DNA of 64,000 nucleotides from Methanobacteriota archaeon (lineage in GTDB: Archaea > Thermoplasmatota > Poseidoniia > Poseidoniales > Poseidoniaceae): NCBI GenBank assembly GCA_011524855.1, contig WTJK01000017.1:13054-77053 (forward strand), in the 5' to 3' direction. The translations under genes were made by a program, and so were the position numbers. A model generated the notes under the pieces. The model made no database searches and was not told the DNA's origin. It saw nothing but the letters and a program-made list of their open reading frames with translations. Below, piece after piece: positions 27,815 through 34,760 of this stretch. Numbering within the stretch: the stretch's first letter is position 1; each line of letters opens with the position of its first letter.

Positions 27815-29611
27815 ATGGCAGACAAGGATGACAACAAAGTCGGGATGGCCGAATGCGGTTCATGCCGCGCCGTGATTCCCATCGATTCCAAAGCGTGCCC
27901 CGAATGCAACACCTCCTTCCAAGGCGTTTCTGACGAAGCCCTTGGCGAGTGCGGTGCGTGCCAGAGCCTGGTCCCCCTCGATTCCACCCGATGCCCAGAA
28001 TGCAGTGTTCTGTTTGTGGCGGACGATGTCGTGGACGTACTGCGCCAGTGGGTTTCCAACACGGGCATCGACTTGCGAAAACTCTTCGACAAGTTCGACG
28101 AAAACGGTGACGGGATGATCGACTCTTCGGAGTTGCGCGAAGGACTGCTCAGCCTCAACCTCGCCGACCTCCCGCCCAGTCAAGTGGAACGCTTGGTGAA
28201 GGAAATTGATGAAGACGACAACGGCGTGATCGACCTGGATGAGTTCATTGACATCCTCTCATCGGGCGAATCGGATGCGTCGGACGATGCAACCACAGAA
28301 GACGTGGGTGAAGAGGAAGAACCGTCCGCTGACGAAGAGCACGACAACGCTGATGCGGTCAGCGAGGATGCGGATGAACCATCCGATGCTGATGCCGAGG
28401 AGGACGAAGGCCAAGACGATGGTGAGGCGGATGACACTGGCGATGAGGTTGCTGAACCCGAGGACGAGCCAGCGGAGGAAGTTGAGGCTGTTGACGATGC
28501 CGTCGATGAAGGCGACATGTCCCACAAAGAGGTCGTTTCGCTCAAGAATCCACTCCTTGATTTGGCGAACATGATGGATGAGATGGGCGTCTCTGCTCAA
28601 CGCGTGTTCAATGACCTTGACCGCGATGGCAACGGCATTATTTCCAAAGACGAGCTGATGAAACTCATCGAGTCCGACTACGGTGAAGACATGGACATGG
28701 AAACCGTTGAGATGCTGATGGAGCAGCTCGATGACGACGGCGATGGCTCCGTTGACCTAGCAGAATTTTACGCCTCGCTCGAGGAGCTTGACGACCACGA
28801 GGACGCCGTTGAAGAGACCGTGGAGGAGGACTACTTCCCCACGCCCATGCAAAAGCGGATGATGTCCAAAGCTTGGAACGACGCAGTCTGGCCCATCCTC
28901 CACACGGGTTTTGCCTTGATGTTGATCCTCGTGTTGGTCAACGCGCTTGTTGGTCCGGTTGACGGAACAGGTGGGGCTGTTGTGTACGAGCCGATGGACA
29001 ACGGCCTCGTTCCGAGCGGTTTGAACCCCGGTGATGTCTTCCCTTGTGACGAAAAATACCAACAGGGAGGTTGTTCGAATTCCTTGACCCTGTTCAGTGG
29101 AGAAAACGGAGCTTCATCCATGCCAAAGGGGTTCTATCTCGATGGCATCATCTTCATGATTCTGAGTTTGATTGGTCTGGGTGGTTCGTTGTTCATGCAC
29201 CTGGTCCGCGTTCCTGCTTGGCGCGCACGTGCGAGGGCCATGCGTGAGTTCGAGGCGGACAAAGCAGATGCCGCAAAAGAAGCAACCGACGAGTCCGTCG
29301 ACAATGACGACACGGACGAGCACGAAGATTCAGACGATGAGGAGAGAGATGACCTTGTTGATGAAGAAGATGTTGGTGTCGAAGAAGAAGTTGATGCCGA
29401 CGAGGACATGGGAGAAGACGACGACGAGGGTGAGACGGACGCCGAAGACGATGAAATCGATGTGGGCTCCCACATCGGCCTGGTCTTTGATGACGAGGAA
29501 GTCTTCGGGACCATTGTTGAATTCGATGACGAAGAAGGAACCGTGACCATCGAAGAGGACGGCAGCGGGGATTTGGTCACCGGTTATCAGGACGATATGT
29601 TTCTTGAGTGA
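27815..29611 (+). CDS. Very acidic membrane protein with an N-terminal double zinc ribbon and four EF-hand loops.
   Basis: Zinc ribbons 'CGSCRAV..CPEC' and 'CGACQSL..CPEC'. EF loops 'DENGDGMIDSSEL', 'DEDDNGVIDLDEF', 'DRDGNGIISKDEL' and 'DDDGDGSVDLAEF'. Two TM helices and long D/E tracts. Confidence 0.6.
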   Translation: MADKDDNKVGMAECGSCRAVIPIDSKACPECNTSFQGVSDEALGECGACQSLVPLDSTRCPECSVLFVADDVVDVLRQWVSNTGIDLRKLFDKFDENGDGMIDSSELREGLLSLNLADLPPSQVERLVKEIDEDDNGVIDLDEFIDILSSGESDASDDATTEDVGEEEEPSADEEHDNADAVSEDADEPSDADAEEDEGQDDGEADDTGDEVAEPEDEPAEEVEAVDDAVDEGDMSHKEVVSLKNPLLDLANMMDEMGVSAQRVFNDLDRDGNGIISKDELMKLIESDYGEDMDMETVEMLMEQLDDDGDGSVDLAEFYASLEELDDHEDAVEETVEEDYFPTPMQKRMMSKAWNDAVWPILHTGFALMLILVLVNALVGPVDGTGGAVVYEPMDNGLVPSGLNPGDVFPCDEKYQQGGCSNSLTLFSGENGASSMPKGFYLDGIIFMILSLIGLGGSLFMHLVRVPAWRARARAMREFEADKADAAKEATDESVDNDDTDEHEDSDDEERDDLVDEEDVGVEEEVDADEDMGEDDDEGETDAEDDEIDVGSHIGLVFDDEEVFGTIVEFDDEEGTVTIEEDGSGDLVTGYQDDMFLE

Positions 29612-29991
29612 ACATGACCGAAGGTGAACGCGACCCCCTGGACGCTTTTCACGGCGTAGCATCGTGTACGGTGTGCGGTTGTTTTGCCAAAAAGGGAACA
29701 TTGCGTTGTCCGGAATGTGGGACCTTCCACTCCGGCGCAGTCATGGTTGAGCGACCTGCTCCTTCACCGGAAGAACGCGTGGCTGCGGAACCCTCGGCAC
29801 CCGATCCAAGCATGTATTCCCTCGGCCCGGCATCGACGATCGCCGAGGAGGCGTTTGAGGAATCCGAGGACGTGCGAGCGTGGACTGGCGGCAGCACGGA
29901 TTTCACGTTTGAGGACGATGATGAGCCCGTGGCAACATCGACACCCGCCTTGTCTGCAGCGCCCGAAGTTGTCGCAAGCAATGAAGATTAA
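29608..29991 (+). CDS. Small zinc-ribbon protein with an acidic C-terminal tail.
   Basis: 'CTVCGCFAKKGTLRCPECGTF' plus an acidic tail 'EEAFEESEDVRAWTGGSTDFTFEDDDEP'. Overlaps the upstream stop. A likely ATG start lies at 29614. Confidence 0.45.
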   Translation: MNMTEGERDPLDAFHGVASCTVCGCFAKKGTLRCPECGTFHSGAVMVERPAPSPEERVAAEPSAPDPSMYSLGPASTIAEEAFEESEDVRAWTGGSTDFTFEDDDEPVATSTPALSAAPEVVASNED

Positions 29992-30075
29992 TCAAAAGTC
30001 TTTCAGAGGCCAATTAATATTTATGTTCCCGGTTTGCCTTGTGGCCGACATTCATGCTAGCCTAAAGTTGACAAC

Positions 30076-30152
30076 TGGTGGGCTCGGAGAGAATCGAACT
30101 CTCGATCTTTGCCATGTCAAGGCAACGTCATAAACCCCTAGACCACGAGCCC
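30076..30152 (-). tRNA. tRNA-Val (anticodon GAC) with genomically encoded 3' CCA.
   Basis: Reverse complement is GGGCUCGUGGUCUAGGGGUUUAUGACGUUGCCUUGACAUGGCAAAGAUCGAGAGUUCGAUUCUCUCCGAGCCCACCA. It has a 7-bp acceptor stem, GG in the D-loop, anticodon loop UUGACAU and T-loop UUCGAUU. Confidence 0.85.
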
Positions 30153-30178
30153 TAGGTAGTTGCTCCACCTGCCTGCTC

Positions 30179-30186
30179 TCTTTAAC
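30179..30186 (-). promoter_or_regulatory. Candidate archaeal TATA box for tRNA-Val.
   Basis: The minus-strand sequence 'GTTAAAGAG' is centred about 30 nt upstream of the tRNA 5' end. Confidence 0.3.
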
Positions 30187-30210
30187 GAATTCGGTGGAGG
30201 ACTCCGCTGG

Positions 30211-30363
30211 TCAACGTATGATCTTTGATATCTTCCCTGTGCATGGGTTGTTGGAACACAAGCCGGCATAGCGCGTACGACCGTTGGCCATGGAAACTTC
30301 TTTGCCATCGCGAATAGGCCCGTAGGTTTTGCATTTCATACAGTACCCTTCGATGGCTGACAT
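30211..30363 (-). CDS. Small Cys-rich protein, DUF5679-like zinc-ribbon.
   Basis: 'YCMKCKTYGPIRDGKEVSMANGRTRYAGLCSNNPCTGKISKII' matches the CxKCK...G.C..C pattern of DUF5679. Confidence 0.45.
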   Translation of the reverse strand: MSAIEGYCMKCKTYGPIRDGKEVSMANGRTRYAGLCSNNPCTGKISKIIR

Positions 30364-30570
30364 GTTCCTCAACCCCTGTCGCTTCGGTGGACGATTTGAA
30401 TCCTTTGTCAAGACGCCGAAAAGTTTGGTGTTTTTGGCCTCTGAGGGTATACGTGGAGGAGAGATTTTTGGAATCTTGGGAGGTCGGGATTCGAAGCTTG
30501 TTGAAAAACAGCGTACTGCGCTTCATTCGCAGTTCAAAGCAAGAACCGAGCGGATGCCAAGTTCTCTGAA

Positions 30571-30598
30571 TTGTCGCATAACTCACATTATGCGACGA
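30571..30598. other. Near-perfect 11-bp inverted repeat (hairpin or palindromic site) inside a ~250-nt lower-GC non-coding region.
   Basis: 'ttgtcgcataa ctcaca ttatgcgacga' is a TCGCATAA-N6-TTATGCGA palindrome, lying 13 nt beyond the stop of the minus-strand gene 30611..30934. Confidence 0.5.
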
Positions 30599-30610
30599 AG
30601 AGGCCCCCTC

Positions 30611-30934
30611 CTAATCGGACGGTTTGGTCACGAACTCACCCTCATCGATTTCAAACACTCCAATCAAGGGTGGACCCAGCATTTGCGACTCCAAACCTCC
30701 GTCCTTCACGTCGATCGTCGACTGAATTTCTTCAGCAACACGCTGCCAGTCCTCGCGAGTCGCAAACACCGATTGGACCAGGTGCATGCTGGTCCCCCCT
30801 GGTGCGGACGCAATCCAAGCAGCGATGCATCCCTCCGACCGACGTTTGTACGCCTGGCGAGCTTTGAGCATGCGCAACATCCGTGCTTGGCACCCGTCTT
30901 TTGGCGAACACACCACCGTCTCAATCCAATACAT
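30611..30934 (-). CDS. Hypothetical protein, possibly with an ABM/Dabb-like (antibiotic biosynthesis monooxygenase) fold.
   Basis: Size (107 aa) and the pattern '...EGCIAAWIAS.PGG..MHLVQSVFATREDWQRVAEE' resemble ABM-domain proteins. Weak. Confidence 0.35.
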   Translation of the reverse strand: MYWIETVVCSPKDGCQARMLRMLKARQAYKRRSEGCIAAWIASAPGGTSMHLVQSVFATREDWQRVAEEIQSTIDVKDGGLESQMLGPPLIGVFEIDEGEFVTKPSD

Positions 30935-31006
30935 GAAATCTCCTCAAATACCATTTCAACGATGATTAATTCAATGATGCATCACGGCCCGAGTTTCGAG
31001 AATTCA

Positions 31007-32290
31007 TCAGCGCACGTGTTGAATCATTTCACCCTCCAACATGGTGGACCACACAGGACTGTGGCTGGGCTGGAGGGACCACGATTCCCAGTGCGGGCTT
31101 GCCAGCACATTGAGGTTCGCAACAGCACCTTCTCGAATCACACCGTGTTCCAATCCACTCGGGTGGGGCGAGGTCGCCGCTGCTCTGCACGTCACCGCCT
31201 TGAGCGCTTCCATCGGATGCACGCCTGCCCGCTGCACCATGAGCGACCCCATAAACGGTAAACTCAGGGTTTGGCAGTTTGGATTGAAATCGGTGGCCAG
31301 CGTGAAATGCAGTTCGTTGTCAACGACCTCGCTCATGTTTGGAAAAGCATCGCCCATGGCATAAGGCGTCCCAGGGAGGTAACCGGTGTTCACGCCCGCT
31401 TCGGTCATGGCCATGCGCGTTTCGAGGGGGGTGTGATATGCATGATCGGCGGTCTGAACCCTGTATTCTACCGCAAGGTCTCCGCCACCACCGTTCGTAA
31501 ATTCATCAACATGCAAACGCAAGTCGAGCCCTCCCTTCTTTCCTGCTGTGAGCAAGTCCGAGGTTTGTTCGACGGAGAACCATCCTGGTTCACAAAACAC
31601 ATCCATGGACCGTGCAATACCTTGGTCCAACACCGCAGGGAGTTGGTCGCTCAACAGTGCATCCGTGTATTCACTGATGGTAGCACCCGGGGGCGCATCA
31701 TGCGCCCCCATCCACGTGATGTCCAACGATGGCAGCCCTGACTCGCGATTGAGCCGATCCATGGTGTTGAGAAGATCGAGCTCGGAAGGCGTGGACAAGC
31801 CGTAACCACTCTTGGCTTCCATGTGCGTGGTGCCACTTCGAAGTGCCGTTTTCATCCGATCCACCCCTCGGAAAAACAAACTTTGGGGCGTTGACGCTCG
31901 TGTAGCAGCGACCGTCGAAGCGATACCGCCACCAAGTTGAGCGATGTCAACGTAAGATTTCCCTTCGTGGCGCCATCTGACCTCTTGCGAACGGTCTCCT
32001 GCCCAGAGCAAGTGGGTGTGGGTGTCAATGAAGCCAGGGACGACCGCACGTCCACCCGCATCGAACATGATGTGCTCCTCAACTGCTTCCATGCCGTATT
32101 CATCGACCACCTCGCTTGAAGGTGCGACTTGTTCAATAACGCCGCGATTTACAACAATTGCCATGTCTTCGGCAATTGCCTCTTCATCATTGGATGCATC
32201 GGCACCGTCCAAGTGCACCAAGACGCCGATGTTGTGCACGACGGTGGCCACGATGGTCAACGGGTGAAGAGGGTTGAAGAACAATGGCAT
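31007..32290 (-). CDS. hutI: Imidazolonepropionase.
   Basis: Amidohydrolase with 'VVPGFIDTHTHLLWAG' and a HutI-like metal-ligand distribution. HutU, HutH and FtcD are in the same window. Confidence 0.85.
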   Translation of the reverse strand: MPLFFNPLHPLTIVATVVHNIGVLVHLDGADASNDEEAIAEDMAIVVNRGVIEQVAPSSEVVDEYGMEAVEEHIMFDAGGRAVVPGFIDTHTHLLWAGDRSQEVRWRHEGKSYVDIAQLGGGIASTVAATRASTPQSLFFRGVDRMKTALRSGTTHMEAKSGYGLSTPSELDLLNTMDRLNRESGLPSLDITWMGAHDAPPGATISEYTDALLSDQLPAVLDQGIARSMDVFCEPGWFSVEQTSDLLTAGKKGGLDLRLHVDEFTNGGGGDLAVEYRVQTADHAYHTPLETRMAMTEAGVNTGYLPGTPYAMGDAFPNMSEVVDNELHFTLATDFNPNCQTLSLPFMGSLMVQRAGVHPMEALKAVTCRAAATSPHPSGLEHGVIREGAVANLNVLASPHWESWSLQPSHSPVWSTMLEGEMIQHVR

Positions 32291-32302
32291 GGTGGTTTGA
32301 AC

Positions 32303-33310
32303 ATGTCAGGCTGGACCCTTGGCATTGAAACCACCGCACACACCCTCTCCTTCGGGTTGGTCAACCCTGACGGGGAACCGTTCCCTGCTGCATCGGATAC
32401 ACTGCGGCCCGATGAAGGGGGTATTCACCCACGGGAAGCTGCCGATCACCACAAAGACGTTGCCGCAGGTCTCTACCAAAAGGTCCTCGACATGCACGGC
32501 CTCCAACCTACCGACCTTGGTGCGGTGGCCTATTCACAAGGACCAGGGCTCGGGCCGTGCCTCCGTGTGGGGGCTTCCATTGCCCGCGGCATAGCGACCC
32601 GCCTCAACGTCCCCCTCATCGGCGTGAATCATTGCGTGGCACACATCGAAATTGGTCGACAACAATGCGGATGCGATGACCCCGTCCTCCTCTACGTGTC
32701 GGGTGGAAACACACAGGTCATCGCTCGACTCAACGGCCGGTATCGGGTTCTGGGTGAAACCCTGGACATTGGCATCGGAAACATGCTAGATAAATTCGCA
32801 CGGCAGCAAGGCATACCGTTCCCCGGTGGGCCGAAGATCGAATCCCTTGCCAAGGCATACCTCGAGCGATGCCCTGAGCCCTCCATGGAGGGGTTGGAAC
32901 TCCCTTACGCCGTCCGCGGGATGGACCTGGCGTTCTCTGGGTTGCTGACCGCTGCTCAGCGTTTGGTGGACAACGGGCAACCTTTGGACGCTGTTTGTTG
33001 GTCGCTCCAAGAACATGCGTTCGCCTCATGCGTGGAAGTTGCAGAGCGTGCCATGGCCCACACGGGCAAGCGAGAATTACTCCTTGGCGGAGGTGTGGCC
33101 TGCAACGAACGCATGCGCTCAATGTCCACGATGATGGCAGAGGATCGAGACGGATCTTCGCACGCACCGCCGAAGATGTATTGCATTGACAACGGGACCA
33201 TGATTGCCCTCTTGGGTGCACTTGAATTGGCCAACCGAACCACTTCGCTTGAAGGCAGCGCCATTGATCAATACCTCCGGACCGATCAAACACCCATTCA
33301 ATGGGCGTGA
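32303..33310 (+). CDS. kae1: tRNA N6-adenosine threonylcarbamoyltransferase Kae1.
   Basis: 'WTLGIETTAHTLSFGLV', 'GIHPREAADHH' and 'LIGVNHCVAHIEIG' match Kae1/TsaD. At 336 aa it has no fused Bud32 kinase domain. Confidence 0.85.
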   Translation: MSGWTLGIETTAHTLSFGLVNPDGEPFPAASDTLRPDEGGIHPREAADHHKDVAAGLYQKVLDMHGLQPTDLGAVAYSQGPGLGPCLRVGASIARGIATRLNVPLIGVNHCVAHIEIGRQQCGCDDPVLLYVSGGNTQVIARLNGRYRVLGETLDIGIGNMLDKFARQQGIPFPGGPKIESLAKAYLERCPEPSMEGLELPYAVRGMDLAFSGLLTAAQRLVDNGQPLDAVCWSLQEHAFASCVEVAERAMAHTGKRELLLGGGVACNERMRSMSTMMAEDRDGSSHAPPKMYCIDNGTMIALLGALELANRTTSLEGSAIDQYLRTDQTPIQWA

Positions 33311-33347
33311 GTGAGACCCCATATCGTTTTAACAGGTCAACCTACCG

Positions 33348-34238
33348 TTGCGCTTGGGGGATTCATCCATCGACCGACGCAGGCCACCACGAAAGCAGGA
33401 GTTCAATCCGTTTGCTAAGGATGCCCAGCAACAGGCACGGCGACGGAGAGACGAACGCGATCGTCAAGCCGGCCGTCGGCCACCCGCCCAACCCGAAACG
33501 ACGGAGGCGCCGAAAAAAGACATCCAAGCTGACCTGTTGAGAAAGCAGGCCGAAGCTCGTCAAAAATTGGTCCAAAAGGGCGATGTCGCCGCTCCCGCAG
33601 TGCAGCCAGCAGCCGTTAAACACACCACGCGAGTTGAACACAAACCTTCGACCAACGACATTGTTCGGAAGCAATCTCGCGAAGACCGACTCGCAGAACT
33701 CCGTCGAAAATCCGAGGAACTCAAGAAGAATGCCGCAGAGACGGTTGAGGTCCACGCTGACGCTGAATCCACTTCGACAGGGAGTGAGGAGGAGTTGGTC
33801 GCATCAACATCCACCTCCACCACCGCACCTGTTGCTGTTGAAACGGCACCTGCGGCTCCATCAGCCCCAGATGTCGTCACCCCGGCTCCACAAAACGTGT
33901 TCAAGAAGATCGAAACCAAGGTGAAACCGAAGGATCACCGGGGTCGAAAGCGTCGGCGATTTGACAAAACCGGCGGTGGACGCCAAAAGGCAGAGAAATT
34001 GCTCAACCGTCAAAAATACCTTGAGTACAAATACGCTGCCAAAGACATCCTCAACAACCCCGATGTGGCTGAGGAACATCGCTCCAACGTGCTTGGGCAA
34101 ATCTGGGCGAAAGGAGAGCGTATGGGTGTTGATGAGTCCCATGCGTTCATCGATCAGAAAGTGGAGGAACTCATCCTCAGTGAAGCCGTCGCCAATGAAT
34201 TGCGACAACTTGTCAATCGCATGACAACCAGGAGATGA
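33348..34238 (+). CDS. Hypothetical highly charged protein (R/K/E/D-rich low-complexity N-terminus, ~90-aa C-terminal globular region).
   Basis: 'RRRRDERDRQAGRRP', 'ELRRKSEELKKN', then an Ala/Pro/Thr/Ser-rich linker, then 'KYLEYKYAAKDILNNPDVAEEHRSNVLGQIWAKGERMGVDESHAFIDQKVEEL'. Confidence 0.45.
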   Translation: MRLGDSSIDRRRPPRKQEFNPFAKDAQQQARRRRDERDRQAGRRPPAQPETTEAPKKDIQADLLRKQAEARQKLVQKGDVAAPAVQPAAVKHTTRVEHKPSTNDIVRKQSREDRLAELRRKSEELKKNAAETVEVHADAESTSTGSEEELVASTSTSTTAPVAVETAPAAPSAPDVVTPAPQNVFKKIETKVKPKDHRGRKRRRFDKTGGGRQKAEKLLNRQKYLEYKYAAKDILNNPDVAEEHRSNVLGQIWAKGERMGVDESHAFIDQKVEELILSEAVANELRQLVNRMTTRR

Positions 34239-34242
34239 AACC

Positions 34243-34749
34243 ATGAGCAACAACATGAAAATCGAAGCCAACACGGTCGCCAGCGTCCATTACACCGGAA
34301 CACTCCCTGAGTCAGGTGAAGTGTTTGATTCAAGCGAAGGCCGCGACCCGTTGTCCTTCCTCGTTGGTCACAACCAGATGATCCCCGGTTTTGAAGCCAA
34401 TCTCATGGGTTGTGGCATCGGAGAACGAAAAGAATTCACCCTCACGGCAGATGAAGCGTACGGCCAGCGTGACGACGAAGCCGTGATGCAAATTGAGCGG
34501 GCCAATTTCGCGCAACTCGAACAAGAAGCGGCGCTTGAAGTGGGCATGCAACTCGTGGCGCAGATGCCACACGGTCCTGCCCCGTTCACGATCACTGCCC
34601 TCACCGATGACACCGTCACCGCCGACTTCAACCACGCTCTGGCAGGTGAGTCGCTGACCTTTGCTGTTGAGGTCGTCGACGTGCGTGAAGCCAGTGCGGA
34701 AGAACTCGCTCACGGTCATGCTCACGGTCCGGGCGGCCACCATCACTGA
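34243..34749 (+). CDS. FKBP-type peptidyl-prolyl cis-trans isomerase (SlyD-like) with a His-rich C-terminus.
   Basis: 'VHYTGTLPESGEVFDSSEGRDPLSFLVGHNQMIPGFE' is an FKBP fold with an IF insertion. The C-terminus 'HGHAHGPGGHHH' is a metal-binding tail. Confidence 0.8.
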   Translation: MSNNMKIEANTVASVHYTGTLPESGEVFDSSEGRDPLSFLVGHNQMIPGFEANLMGCGIGERKEFTLTADEAYGQRDDEAVMQIERANFAQLEQEAALEVGMQLVAQMPHGPAPFTITALTDDTVTADFNHALAGESLTFAVEVVDVREASAEELAHGHAHGPGGHHH

Positions 34750-34760
34750 ACACCAACCGA

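Noticed and set aside
28180-29580. Ser-rich minus-strand ORFs (130 and 148 aa) and a plus-strand Arg/Met-rich ORF inside the EF-hand protein gene.
   Set aside because: They are frame-shifted or antisense readings of the GAN-rich acidic tract, with no independent support.
30182-30586. A 134-aa minus-strand ORF overlapping the DUF5679-like gene frame region and the lower-GC segment.
   Set aside because: Its R/K/S/T/F-rich composition is atypical. It overlaps the better-supported Cys-motif ORF 30211..30363. The region is more consistent with non-coding DNA.
30329-31261. A 310-aa plus-strand ORF spanning the ABM-like gene, the intergenic region and the 3' end of hutI.
   Set aside because: It is antisense to two supported genes. 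Its His/Arg/Ser-rich composition is unlike the real proteins in the window.
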